DNA of 63,892 bases, filler included, from Asterionella formosa (taxonomy: Eukaryota): assembly GCA_002256025.1 (NCBI GenBank). It is 15 parts of 15 records of this genome, joined end to end, with 100 filler letters (N's around TTAATTAATTAA, not from the genome) between each part and the next. Parts side by side here need not be neighbours in the genome. Positions count along the whole stretch, not along the records: positions 22,461 to 44,803 come from NKIB01002787.1; 14 more parts are not named here. One strand, 5' to 3'. Below are positions 25,451 through 37,819 of this stretch, one piece after another. The translations under genes and the position numbers were made by a program. How positions within the stretch are numbered: the stretch's first letter is position 1; each line of letters opens with the position of its first letter. The notes under the pieces are model-generated. The model saw only the letters and a program-made list of their open reading frames with translations, searched no databases and had not been told where the DNA came from.

Positions 25451-26185
25451 AAAACTTCATGTACTCCTTCCCATCTGACAGGTATCCTCTTACATAGGTC
25501 TTACCTGTTGTACTAGTACTACTGTTATCTTCTTTGCTGCTAGCATTTGTGCTAGCTTTTGCTATTCATCTTACTCTGTCAATTCTCACTGTTTCTTAAT
25601 TATAAGCTTAAACTAAAACCCAGATTCAATCCCATTCATCACCCTTTGAGAACCTGTTCTTCTTGTTCCCTTTTTGTTGATTTAAGCCTTGTGATTGATC
25701 TAAAACATCAATCTCATTAGCAAGCTTCTTGACTTGGGAATGCACCATTTGACTCATTGGTCTTTAGTCGAGTCCATAGTCCTTGTGACTCATTATAGCC
25801 ATTGATGCTATATTCTTGACACACCGGTAGTCACTGCTAGTAACATTTTAATCATCACATTGCTTTGCAACAGGAGCATACATGTCTAAGTAAAATCAAC
25901 TCCAGGAATTTGCTGGTATCCTTTTAAGACCAATCTTTGTCTTGTAGTACCGGTACACTGTGTTCCCGGTTAGCACCGGTACGTCTTCCTGAAAATGGAA
26001 GACCCAGGCGTTTTCAAGGTTCTTCTTTCCCGGTACTAAGTTATATTTTAAATGCTCATCAGCCGTACGTACTTATACCGTACAGTAGTCCGAATACCTG
26101 AGAATTGTGGTAACTAGTAAAATATCCAGCCTTTGTTTGGTGTATAAAATGCAAAGTAAAGGCGATCTCATACACGATAATCACG

Positions 26186-27082
26186 ATGATGATTCGCACC
26201 TCCCCGCTGTCCATAATATCAGCCCTTCTTTTGACTCTAGTTCCTGTCCAACCATGGACAAAACCGTCCAATCGCAAGTCGACCACTTCATTACACGTTC
26301 AGCCAACCGGAGCACTGCGATCACTTCGTTATGAACGAATCCTCACGTTGCCAAATGGGGAATGCCTGGATGTGATTTCTCGTACTATATCCATCACAAC
26401 AACATGGAATGTGACTATATGGGAAAAACATAATCCTGCTGATATTATGGAGCAATATCACTGGAATAACAACAAAAACAGCAATGATAGTGACAATCGA
26501 CATGATCCTTTTGGGCTTGTCAATTGGCCTGGTTCTGTTGTAGCCGCAAGGGAACTCCTCCGATATCAAACCCAAATTCAGAATAAGACAGTTTTAGTTT
26601 TGGGCGCTGGAACTGGATTAGAGGCACAAGCAGTTGCCATGTTGGGAGCTTCTAAAGTTATTGCAACAGATATTTTTCCAATGACACTTAACTTGCTCCA
26701 CTATGGAGCAGAACAAGCTGGATTGGCCAATATTATATCATCGTCTCTTTTTGATCTCTTCGGAACCACAAAAATTCCAGATTGTGATGTAGTGGTGGCA
26801 GCTGATGTGCTATATTCTCCAGAATTAGCCATGCAACTTGGGAAACGACTAACTCAAATACTGCTTACCTGGGACCCTCCACCATTAGTACTCGTGACAG
26901 ATTCACAAAGATTTCATGGAACTGATTTTTGTCCAACACTGAGGCAAGCATTAACAGACAAAAGTTTGGAATGGGAAGAGCGAACTTTGGAGCAATTTAC
27001 TGGTTCGGGGGTTATGGTAAATGAAGATCAAACCTATCATGTCAAAGCTAGAGTTCTTGCTATTGGGTTTCATAACACGTAA
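26186..27082 (+). CDS. SAM-dependent seven-beta-strand methyltransferase, METTL21/Methyltransf_16-like, with an N-terminal signal peptide
   Basis: DPFGLVNWPGSVVAA, motif I VLVLGAGTGL, post-I VIATD, motif II VVVAADVLY. The hydrophobic N-terminus ends in QP-W. Confidence 0.88.
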   Translation: MMIRTSPLSIISALLLTLVPVQPWTKPSNRKSTTSLHVQPTGALRSLRYERILTLPNGECLDVISRTISITTTWNVTIWEKHNPADIMEQYHWNNNKNSNDSDNRHDPFGLVNWPGSVVAARELLRYQTQIQNKTVLVLGAGTGLEAQAVAMLGASKVIATDIFPMTLNLLHYGAEQAGLANIISSSLFDLFGTTKIPDCDVVVAADVLYSPELAMQLGKRLTQILLTWDPPPLVLVTDSQRFHGTDFCPTLRQALTDKSLEWEERTLEQFTGSGVMVNEDQTYHVKARVLAIGFHNT

Positions 27083-27131
27083 AACCAAGCGTAATCACAT
27101 CAATATTCTATAACCCTAGACAGCAATCCTT

Positions 27132-30100
27132 CTACAAATTCTCCACTTCTGCCTTGAGCCTTTCCAGGTCAGCATACAATGGAATACATGCCATAAAGTC
27201 TTGAGACGTTGGGAAAATGTGGAATCCCAATGCCCTCATCAAATCTAGCCCCCCGTCTACTCGAACAATACGATCCACCGACTTGTTGCTTAATTTCATA
27301 CTTCGAAATTTTGGGTTGGAAGGGTCGCGGATAGCGTTGCTCAAATACTTGGACAAAATTTGAGAAATGTTTTTAACAACAACACTTCCGTCGGGATATG
27401 ATTGATCGATCCGAGCTACGCACTCCTTAACTGTCATGTCACGCTGTTCCATCGCAAAAGTCATCTCACCCATGGTTGATTTGGTTTGGAACATTACCTC
27501 CTCTGGATTCCCTGATGCAGCACAAATAGTCCTTTTCCATTTTACATGGTTCCAAGGTATAGCTTCCGATAAATAATTTACTTTCTTTCGTGCCTCCGAA
27601 ACAACCAATAAAGCCTTGGCGGCAGCAGCATTTGGTGGCATTCCTTCAGCGAAAAACTTAGTAAAGAGTTCCTTGATTTGCTCACATGCATCGACTTCCT
27701 TCTCCTCTGATATTACAGAGGAATTGCTTTTTACGCAATATGGGTGCTCTCGTCGTCCAGCTACCAGATGGTCATCTCCCTTGTTGTCACTTTTAACAGA
27801 CAATTCGAGGAGTTGCATCATTTCTTTACTTTCTGTAGGAATGCGACTAAGCCAAGACTGTAGCATCTCGTCTATTTTGTGGTCGCCACTTCTGCATGCA
27901 TTGATGACTTCTCCACGGGCATCAACCATATTGACCACAACCTGACCAGACATGGCGTCGAGGACGACAAGAGAAGGAATTCCTTTAATGCCATACTTCA
28001 TTTTGATTTGTTGTTGGACTATCGCACCTGCTTCAAATGGAACCGCAATCCAAGGCATAGATGCGAAGTAGTTATTGAAGCTGGAAACATCCCTATCTGA
28101 ACTCACAAATATGATCTCCAGGCCCTGCGATGGAAACTTTTCTTTCAACTGTGAGTAAACTTCAGCTAACATTGGGGTGAAACTCCGACAAGGACCACAC
28201 CAGTGCGCACTAAAATACATTGCCACCAGCCGACTATTGCAGAGGCTTAGGGCATTGGCAGTGTCTAGAAACGTTGGAACACTGTTGAACTTCACCAAAA
28301 GACTTGGGCCAAAAAGCTGGATGAAGAAGGTGGTGTCCACCGGAATATCGATGAGGGCTTTCCGATTCTTGGAAAGTTCCTCTGAGACTCCAACATCATC
28401 ATCTGGGACCAACGGTTGTGGAAGAAAATGAAAAGTGTTCCAGACATCATCTACCAAATCATTGCTTGGTGTAAACGGGAACGATGATTCATCCAGTAGA
28501 TACACAGGGGATCCTTTCTTAGACGTGTAACCAATGCAAGGATGCTCAGGGTTATTTTCCTTGAATGCAAGAAATGCCATTCTCTTCTGGCTCTCGGAAG
28601 CGAGCAATTGAGTTTGGAATGGCATTGTGATCTCATCCAGGCGCCCAGCCACCTTTCGTGGAACGACCCTTTGCTGCGTCCGCAGCTTTGTTGGTTTGGC
28701 CTCTGCAGTTTTAGGGATGCTGACTTGGATGGCAGATGCTTTCCTATACGTTGTCGAAATTGCCCACTCGGGTGTCGCCTCAATTTTTCCAATGAACAGA
28801 ATTCCATCATCGTTTGATTCTGGCGCATGAAACGATCCTAGGCGACGCAATTTTTCTTTCGTAACCTTGGATAATTCTTTGCCCTTGTCAACCACCCCCT
28901 TGGCCGCAATTATGCGGTTCGATGGTAAGATCGCGACAAAATTACTAAAGCTCTCCCAGGAATCAAAGCCACGTGACTGTAGGATGCAGCCCATATAATT
29001 CTCATCAACAACGACGACGGATATCCCCGAGGATTTCCCAACATCACATGCCGCTCCAGAAACATTAATACCATTCGGCGTAACGGAGATAGTGACTGTG
29101 GATCCTGTTGGATAAAATTGCTCGACATATAAGGCACAAGTAGTGGACGATTCCTTCTCTTCGTCGTTTGATTTCCTTGTTCCAGCTTCTTGCCTTGAAA
29201 TTTTCCATTGCAACGATCCCGAGATTCTACCTCTGCCATGCTTCTCCTCATCAGTCCATGCACACAAAGTTTTCAGTTTTTCAAGGTGAGCTTGTTCTAA
29301 TAATATTTTCCGATCCAGGTCGTCAAGTCGAATGTTTGGAATACCTTGTTGAAGAATCTTACGACGTTGAGCAATGATCGAATCCCCAGTTGCTTCCGAT
29401 GAACAAATTTGTCGTCGTCTGGCTTGATATTCTGCATTGTTCCATTGTCGTGTATATTTTGGCGACACATCCATGACACTATCTATAGTTACTCCAATTT
29501 GATAGCTCAACTCCTTGCCCCATCCATCTTCGTACATGGCCGCCTTGTCAATAATACCTTCGCATGAATCGGCCATGATCCAACTTTCTTCGACGAAGCA
29601 TTCAATCCATACATGGTCCGTCACGTCCAGAACATAGCGCGTTGCAAATCCTGCAGCTCGGCAGAAGAGTCCAAATAGATTGGCATATTCTCCACATCTT
29701 CCTCGACGCGTTTGAAGAATTTTCCGCACTGAATTGTAACGAGGAAAGGTGGTCGTGGTGGTGCATTTTCTGCACTCGTACACTGCAATAACAAATGAGT
29801 GAGCTGAGAAACTCTGCACCGAACATCAACAAACAGATCTGCTAAACAAGAATTTGTCATGCTCTTACCTTCCACTCGGGAGGCACCCCCTTGTATTTCT
29901 TCGTGTGTCTGTGGCCCTCTCGACCCTTTCGATTCCATCTCTGTGGAAGCACAAGTACGACAGGGCGGTTGATTGACCCATGTCATGACAGTGGTTTGAA
30001 AGTACTTGGTCAATCTTTTCAGCAACAAAGCGTTGCAAGAGTACAAGTAATCATCGTCTTGTTGATACTTGGATTTCGTCTCTGGCATGCCAAAGGCTGC

Positions 30101-30256
30101 GACCGGCGGGATCAGATCCTTCCAGGGAATCAAGGCACGGCATTCTGCCAGCAAAATGGGGTCAGCATCCCAGGCTTGCACTGTTTGAATGGCAGACTGA
30201 ATGCAACTCAAGAAGCGCTTGTCTCTGTCCGCTTCTTCTTGTGTAGTGCTACTCAT
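27132..30256 (-). CDS. PNG1: Peptide:N-glycanase (PNGase) fused to ILEI-like, nucleoredoxin-type thioredoxin and C-terminal PUB domains (~1012 aa)
   Basis: Exon 1 30256-29869, GTAAGA...CAG intron 29868-29783, exon 2 29782-27132. Zn CxxC pairs (CRTC, CRKC), FPRYN, GRCGEYAN, DHVWIE, ADSCE, YEDGWGK. Then YFSAHWCGPCRSFTP. C-terminal DPSNPKFRSMKLSN...GGLDLMRALGF. Confidence 0.93.
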
Positions 30257-32259
30257 GTTGAGAGCTAGCCATGAGTCTCTATAGCTCAGAAGCAACGAGA
30301 GGACGGAGAAAACCAACCAGTACCAGTACCTGGTATACTGTACTGTTGTCTGATCATCTTTAGGATGTACCGTACACATTATATATATAACAATGTAAAT
30401 CTACAAATACATCTGTGTGTGCACTGCATGATGCAGCTGCATACCGGTTTGGCCCAACACACATACTACCTCTAGTATTGTAGTATCCGCGGTAATATTA
30501 TCGCCCCAGTACCAGAATTCATGTGCCCGTATGTGAACCCAAATACAAAGGCAACATTAGAAATCGAAGTCCTTTTTCCCCTAAGCAATGTATAGCCATT
30601 CAAAGGCTATGAGCAGGATACCGGTACCTGGGAAAATTTTATGGCTGGGAATTAAGAAGATGAAAAAACTTTGTCGCAAAATAACTGGGCCAGCATTGGA
30701 TGCAAAGCTGGTTGAATTTAGTTATAGTCTATTTGGATAACATTTAGAGATTACATCTTTCATTTGTTAAATATTTCGTTTTCAAACCACATGTCTATTT
30801 TGCAAACGAAAAAATAAGTGATAAATGTTGTTGACAACTAGAAAATATATCAAACATCCAGTTTCAAGTCATCATAAAGTCAAAATTAAGCCACTCCAAG
30901 GCTGTGGCTCCTAGACCTCATTTTCTTTTTGTCATTTTCATCAACTTGTCTTGATATCGAAATCATCTTGTTTTCTCCAATGAGCAATGTTCTTGCTCCC
31001 AAACCCAACTGTACAAAGCCAGCTACTAACATGTAGCACAGCCTTCATTGCCAGCTGCAGTTCTTTCGCCTTACCTATCTCCACCCCTGTCAGCCAGCTT
31101 GAAAGGCACTGTGTAATTGATGCTAACATGAGCTCCACACCGCTTCTAATATTTGTAACAGCACATAGGTTGAGTATTTCTCCATCTCGATGGGATATCT
31201 TTGTGATGATTGTGCTGAACAAATTTGTTTGATGCTCACCTCCACATCTAACCCTAGGCACCTCTGCAGCTAATCATGCTGTGCACCTTCATTGCTATCC
31301 TTACTGTGGCTATAAATAGTAAAGAAAGGATGATTACACAGGACTTATATTATTCCATCCCTGGTAAGCTGTAGAACCATGAAAATGAAATATCATAATA
31401 TGTTTGTGTCAGATATTGGTCAGAGCATCTCCACCACATGAACCAAATACCAAAGCCAATAGAAGTTGATAAAAGTATCAAGAAAGCACGTTGCTCACTT
31501 GGTCAAGAATTTTTACCAATAGTCGGATTTTAATAATTTTTTTCCACCGCATGACTGTGCATTGGTATGTTGGTATTCTAGAATAGAAAAACCCTTCCAT
31601 TTTTTACAACTTGGAATTAGCTAGAGTGATAGCTTCATAATTAATCATACTAGCATTGACATGTTATCTATGTTATTTACCTGCAATAGAATGATCTACT
31701 GTATCAAAGCATCAGTGGTTGATGACAGTTGGGACAGTGGAGTACCTACTGGACGAAGTACTTGAATTATTGAGGTCCAAATGAAATCAAGTACCAGTAA
31801 GTCGTATTGTGCCTTTATTGGTGTGCTATGCTCAAATAAGCACAGTTGGAGTAGTATCTGCTCGGATGCCCCTTGGCGCAGTTACATAAATGCCCACCCC
31901 GATAATTGGGTCAACCATGTGATGCGACAAAATGCTCGAGCTGCGTAGAATCGGCAGATATTGACCTTTGCTTTCAACCACCTTTATCAATATAGCTGAT
32001 GCTGTTGAAACAGAAAGTGTATGAATGTTTTCAGTCAATTCATCAAGTTAGATGATGTTATCACATCTATCGAAAAAAATGCAATAATTACGGCTTCAGC
32101 AACACGTAGCAAAGCGCATGGCCAATGCTCCTATGCATAAGAACAGGAATTAATTAATATCACTCCTTTAGCATTAACTCTATATTCCCTAGTCAAAGTC
32201 AGTGATTTTCGCATTGCTCCATGCCAACGAAGCGTTTCAATAAACTCATTTTCATCGTT

Positions 32260-34545
32260 TTACTGCATCATGGCGTCGACAAGTTCTTTCAAGTTGAAGA
32301 CTGGATTAGCACTGGAGAGTCTTCTGCATCTTGGATGAACAATGTATGCAAGGGGAATGTTGCATGCCCATGGCCGGTGGAGATCGCGCCTTGCCTTTTC
32401 TTCAGCCGCAAGGCGGGCAGCTTCCTCGAACTTTCGACTTCGTTCAGCTTCTTCTGCTTCTTCTGCTTGGCGTTGAGCTTCAGCGGCTGCTTGTTCACGA
32501 GCTTTCCTCGCGGCTTCCTTAGCTTTGAGTTGCTTCTCTTTCTTGGCCAATGCTGCTTTCTTTTTCTTTTCTTTAAGTGCGATGGCCTCCCTTTCGATGT
32601 CAGCCTCAGCCTTAGCCTTCAGCTCTGCATCGATGCGCTCTTTTTCTTCCTTCGCTTTCTTCTCTAATGCTGCGAGTTCCGCCTTGATTTTGGCCTTCCT
32701 TTCAGCTTCTTCCTTCGCTTTCATTTCGGCTTCTCTGCGCTTAGCTTCATTTTCGGCTTCCCTGCGCTTGGCTTCATTTTCGACTTCCCTGCGCTTAGCT
32801 TCATATTCGGCTTCAATTTTGGCGCGACGCTTCGCACCAGTAATGATGTCAGGTAAGTAGGGACTGACGGCATCGTAGAGGTGTCGAGCTTGCTCCGCGA
32901 CTGGGCCAGGAACCACCGACACGACCGTCTCAAACACTAATTGGACTGACTCATGGGTCCGCAGATCGTCCACACGTGCGGCAAACACAGGATCAGTTTC
33001 ATAGCGACGGCACGCATATCCTCCCCCACCAACGGCAACCAGAAAACAAATGACAGCTGACACTCGCCTTTGCTTTCGTCGTTTGCGTTGTTTCCTCTTG
33101 TACAAATCTCGTCGAGAAGATCCTCCGTCTCTTGGTAAACCGCGGCGGCGGTCTGGTGTGACTTCCTCGTAGGACAGGTCGGGTGCGACTTCCGCATACG
33201 ACAGAAGGCGATTCGTCGGTTTTCTCTTTGTATAATCCGACATTGGCATGTAATCCGTATCCGTAGGAGTCGCAGTTCGAACCGAATCTCCACCACGAGT
33301 AGAATCTCCACCACTGTTCAAACTTGGCTTTTTCCATTGCACAACATTGGAATTAGTCTCGTAATAGTATTCTCGTTCATGTTCTTCATCGAAATAGACT
33401 ATCCAATTATCCTCTCGGTTCGATGTTTCTAATTTGTAGGGATATTCTGTGATACCGGATTTGGTTTCTTCTGTTTTCTCTCCTTCTTCTACTTGAAAGT
33501 CTTGAAGCATTTCCTCCATTTGCCTGACCATTTGTTCTGCCTTTTGGGCGGCCCTGGCGGACTCGTTTCTGATATCGAAAGTGGACGAAGTCAATGAGCT
33601 CCGGACAGACATTACCTCTTCCTGGTCAATCATTTGACGAATCGCTTCTGTTTCTGTTTTCAAGAAATTGAGAAGTTGAAGTTCAGCGTCCGAAATGATA
33701 TGGGAATTGATTGACGTAAGGCCTGAGACAGCAGACCTCTCATCAGAATCTTCGTCTGCATCCGTTTCCATCGATGATGGCAACGTAACATTGGAGAGAT
33801 CCGTCGTGGTAAGTGATGTCATGGGAGTGCTACCACAGAGAGCTTCGGCGTGTGCCTTTCTTGATAGATCTGGAGTCAACGTAGCCTTGGCGTCAACGCC
33901 GCGACTTTCCAGTAGTTTCCTCGAGTTGATAGCATCGTCAAGTGCCGTCTTCGCTTGAAGATGCTGAATAGACTCGTCAACACCAAGATTTTTAATGGAT
34001 GGGTGACGATCGGCGCCCTTTGAGACCAATGCCGCCAGCGTCGCTTCAATATCTTCTGTCATTTGCCCTACCACAAGTTGGGAGGTGAGCTGCTGGTTGG
34101 TGCGTGCATTCGAATGATTCATCGCATACCCGACGTCGTCCTTCGTGGGTACAGCGACAGCACCAGTTCTGCCGAACTTGTCAACATAACGCTGATAAAG
34201 TAGCAGGGTTTCCTTTTCTTTGCGTTTGCAGTCCGCTCGTTTTTGTTGGAGTTCCACATACAATTTATCCCACTGCGACAATTCGCTAGGATTACTAGCA
34301 AAGTCTTTGTGAAGCCTTCGCTTTTCTTCGAGCTCGCGTATTGATGCATCAGCAGCAGCACGCTCTGCTGCAATCAATGCAGTAACGCTGGTGAAGTGCT
34401 TGTTCAGGAGCTTCGCGAGGCCTCGTTGACGCAGAGCTTCCAGTTCATTTTGGACGCTCTTCTGGTACTTGGACTCTTTCGGGGGAGAAATAGATGGAGG
34501 CTTAGGAGATGCTTTAGCAACACCAATACCCCACATCGACGACAT
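32260..34545 (-). CDS. WW-domain, single-pass membrane protein with coiled coils (761 aa)
   Basis: WW motif WIVYFDEEHEREYYYETNSNVVQWKKP. Polybasic KRKQRKRRKQRR, then hydrophobic VSAVICFLVAVGGGGYAC. E/K/A/R-rich helix with 27-bp EAKRREAE repeats. Confidence 0.88.
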   Translation of the reverse strand: MSSMWGIGVAKASPKPPSISPPKESKYQKSVQNELEALRQRGLAKLLNKHFTSVTALIAAERAAADASIRELEEKRRLHKDFASNPSELSQWDKLYVELQQKRADCKRKEKETLLLYQRYVDKFGRTGAVAVPTKDDVGYAMNHSNARTNQQLTSQLVVGQMTEDIEATLAALVSKGADRHPSIKNLGVDESIQHLQAKTALDDAINSRKLLESRGVDAKATLTPDLSRKAHAEALCGSTPMTSLTTTDLSNVTLPSSMETDADEDSDERSAVSGLTSINSHIISDAELQLLNFLKTETEAIRQMIDQEEVMSVRSSLTSSTFDIRNESARAAQKAEQMVRQMEEMLQDFQVEEGEKTEETKSGITEYPYKLETSNREDNWIVYFDEEHEREYYYETNSNVVQWKKPSLNSGGDSTRGGDSVRTATPTDTDYMPMSDYTKRKPTNRLLSYAEVAPDLSYEEVTPDRRRGLPRDGGSSRRDLYKRKQRKRRKQRRVSAVICFLVAVGGGGYACRRYETDPVFAARVDDLRTHESVQLVFETVVSVVPGPVAEQARHLYDAVSPYLPDIITGAKRRAKIEAEYEAKRREVENEAKRREAENEAKRREAEMKAKEEAERKAKIKAELAALEKKAKEEKERIDAELKAKAEADIEREAIALKEKKKKAALAKKEKQLKAKEAARKAREQAAAEAQRQAEEAEEAERSRKFEEAARLAAEEKARRDLHRPWACNIPLAYIVHPRCRRLSSANPVFNLKELVDAMMQ

Positions 34546-36407
34546 CGTCTTTGCCTGCTACTGCAGCGGAAGACTCAGATGCAATGCGTCCTTTCTTTTA
34601 AATATATATCACAGGAGAATTTGAATTGCAAACTGAACGGAGTTGAGCACAATCTTTGGGTGAAGCCATCATACAGTCAGTACCTGGTCGTTGCTTGTAC
34701 ATACGAAAAAATACAGGAATTGCAGGAACATACCACGTTTGACAGGTACCAGGTAGAGTAAACCGGTGTGCCGGTATTTCAATTTCCTATGTGCATTCCT
34801 GGAGTGCCAGGCAACCGCTTGTACGTGTTAGTACCAAGTGTACCGGTGCGTACTCGATGCATGCATCCATACCGGTAGTGACTGTCATGTAGATGTGGTT
34901 TAGGATTAAACCATCAGCTACTGCGCTGTAATCCCAAATTTGACAGGTTGGTGTCCGAGTAGAATGCAGAAGGTGGGTGACATGGGGGATGACATCACTC
35001 ACCGAAGCATGAAGTGATACATTTATTATCCTCAGGATGGTATCTTTTATATATTCACTCAATGCTTCTATTGAAATTTGGCTGACGCCACCCTACCGGT
35101 AACGGTACTCCTTGCAGTTGTCGGCCACGCCAATGTAAGACCTGCACCTCCTGTGAGAGCGCAAGCCCGATGACGCCTTTGCAGAAGTCGGAGCAAGTTA
35201 GCTTACAATTCTTAATAGTCCTAACAGTCGTTTTACATTCCTTCCAATCAGCTGGAGTAGCCTTCCCAACGTCCAAGCCAGGCTGGTAGTTTGCTGTTAC
35301 ATATTTCGTATTATGGAAGCGTGCCGCTTGGCGTTTGAATTCTATTTGCCAGTAAGCTACGACACACCCGGTACTCGCATGAGCGAGCCAAAAGCAAGGG
35401 TCTACGTACATTTACTCGCGGCTGAAACGTATCTTCGCTGAGGGTCAACTCAACACCAGTTGACTACATACGGAGGAGGTATGCTGGTATGGATGGATGT
35501 ATGATGCTTGCTGATGGTGCTGACGACGACATTGTTCTCCGGGATGGCTGATGGAGTACTGGCACCTGGTACCTGGTACCAGGTACTAATTACCGGTAGG
35601 CTACCAGGTAGTGCGTTCTCACTCAAATCCTTTCTGATGCTTGTCCAACCAATGATGACGGTGCGTGGGTTGATCAAATTGAACACGAATGAATCATTCT
35701 GTCCGTTATCCGTCTCGAGTCGATGTCAATATAAGATACNNNNNNNNNNNNNNNNNNNNNNNNNNNNNNNNNNNNNNNNNNNNNNNNNNNNNNNNNNNNN
35801 NNNNNNNNNNNNNNNNNNNNNNNNNNNNNNNNNNNNNNNNNNNNNNNNNNNNNNNNNNNNNNNNNNNNNNNNNNNNNNNNNNNNNNNNNNNNNNNNNNNN
35901 NNNNNNNNNNNNNNNNNNNNNNNNNNNNNNNNNNNNNNNNNNNNNNNNNNNNNNNNNNNNNNNNNNNNNNNNNNNNNNNNNNNNNNNNNNNNNNNNNNNN
36001 NNNNNNNNNNNNNNNNNNNNNNNNNNNNNNNNNNNNNNNNNNNNNNNNNNNNNNNNNNNNNNNNNNNNNNNNNNNNNNNNNNNNNNNNNNNNNNNNNNNN
36101 NNNNNNNNNNNNNNNNNNNNNNNNNNNNNNNNNNNNNNNNNNNNNNNNNNNNNNNNNNNNNNNNNNNNNNNNNNNNNNNNNNNNNNNNNNNNNNNNNNNN
36201 NNNNNNNNNNNNNNNNNNNNNNNNNNNNNNNNNNNNNNTTGATGAATCATAAGAATCATACAATTACATGCCAGTAGTCAACTCCGAGTACATGTTATGA
36301 GGATCGTTCCATCCTTGAATATCATTGGTTCCCGATCGTAGTAACAGTAGAGCGCAACAAACCCAACAACAACTGGTGGTGACAACCATATCGCAATAGA
36401 AGCGACA

Positions 36408-37634
36408 ATGAAGCCTTCGACGTTGAGGGTTTTGATCTTGGCGTCCAGTTCCGCGTCGGCCTTTGTTCCTTCGTCGCTCCGCATTTGTGCGCCGTCGTTT
36501 CGTCGACAAACGCAACCGTTGTATTCCGAAAACGACAATGTGAATCCCTTTGCGGATGAAAGCTATCCAGACTTGGAGTTTATCAATTATGACGACCCGG
36601 AATATATAGTGAATCAGGGCGAAGTCTTCGGAAAAGGGGACGATACCGAGGAACAGATTGAAGCCATGCGAGAATACCGACGTCGTCGGAATGACGAATT
36701 TCAGTTCGAAACATACTTCCAGAAAACGCTGCAAGGAGGGAAAGCATGGAATGGAGAGTTCACGGTCTATGAGACCTCAACGTTTCTGAGCGACAGGAAA
36801 ACATTGGACGAGCACGGGTTACCGAGGATAACAATGCGCCCCAATACCATCTTGGTAGCGTCCATTGGTTCCAAAGCCAAGGTCGACACCGATTCAGACT
36901 GGCGAGTTGACGGAGAACGCATATGTCATCTAGAAACCGCCCAAGATGGGACTCCTCTAGCTACATACTGGCCCGACGACATGTCGTCTTACGAATTCCG
37001 AGGCATACAAGGCAACATGTGTGTGGGCAACGCATACTCCATTTGCACCGCCGTCCCACTTTTGGACATGCGAGGAGACGGCGACGATTACTCCGATAGT
37101 TATACGGGACCTTTTGGTGACATGAGAACGGAACTTGGAATTTTTGATGATGGCATGCGATTTCGAGTCAAGTTTGAGTACAGTGTCAAGGACTTGGATA
37201 GGGAAACGCTCGTGGGGGTGCCACCTCCACTGCATCTCAAGACCATGACGGTTTGTCGTGAGACGGTCGATATGTGGCCTAACTCGGAAAATTCTCCGAG
37301 CTTATTTGATGGGCAAGGTGCGCCAGGGGGGTTGTATGATCCACCACCAGTTGGTAGTGAAGAGCAAGCCAGCAAATACATGATGTTGAATTTGGAAGGC
37401 AGCGCCACTGTGTTGTTCCCTTATCAACTCGATCAAGATCCCAGATCATTCAGTGGAAATGGATGGGTGACGTCATTGGATTGGAGTCCTGGAAAGATCC
37501 GATACCAAGTAGATCGAAAGGTACACGGCGGTGAGAAAATGTTAGGCCTACGCACGTTGGAGTTGAGTGAAGTCCAATCATCACAGGCGGATCAATGGAG
37601 ACCTAAAGATGGTGGCCAAGATATGCGGCAGTAG
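36408..37634 (+). CDS. Hypothetical plastid-targeted protein (408 aa)
   Basis: Bipartite presequence MKPSTLRVLILASSSASA-FVPSS (ASAF motif) followed by an S/R-rich transit peptide. Long intact ORF. Confidence 0.85.
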   Translation: MKPSTLRVLILASSSASAFVPSSLRICAPSFRRQTQPLYSENDNVNPFADESYPDLEFINYDDPEYIVNQGEVFGKGDDTEEQIEAMREYRRRRNDEFQFETYFQKTLQGGKAWNGEFTVYETSTFLSDRKTLDEHGLPRITMRPNTILVASIGSKAKVDTDSDWRVDGERICHLETAQDGTPLATYWPDDMSSYEFRGIQGNMCVGNAYSICTAVPLLDMRGDGDDYSDSYTGPFGDMRTELGIFDDGMRFRVKFEYSVKDLDRETLVGVPPPLHLKTMTVCRETVDMWPNSENSPSLFDGQGAPGGLYDPPPVGSEEQASKYMMLNLEGSATVLFPYQLDQDPRSFSGNGWVTSLDWSPGKIRYQVDRKVHGGEKMLGLRTLELSEVQSSQADQWRPKDGGQDMRQ

Positions 37635-37819
37635 GTCCGAAGTGTGGGCAAGGCATTTGACAACCTTATACATGTGAATCTTTAGGCAACGCCCAACTAA
37701 ATAGCAGTTCCCACGCACTTTAGAAGACAATTGCATTACTAGACCAAAAGCGAGAATAAATTATTATTTGCTTCTCCCGTATAATAAGGGAGTCTCTCCC
37801 TTCACGTGCGCTGACATGC

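Noticed and set aside
32221..34289. Plus-strand ORFs overlapping the WW gene (and similar ones over PNGase, RACK1 and the secreted genes)
   Set aside because: They are antisense shadows of real coding sequence.
35055..35411. 118-aa minus-strand ORF as a gene
   Set aside because: No recognisable motif or splice structure, and it is adjacent to a gap.
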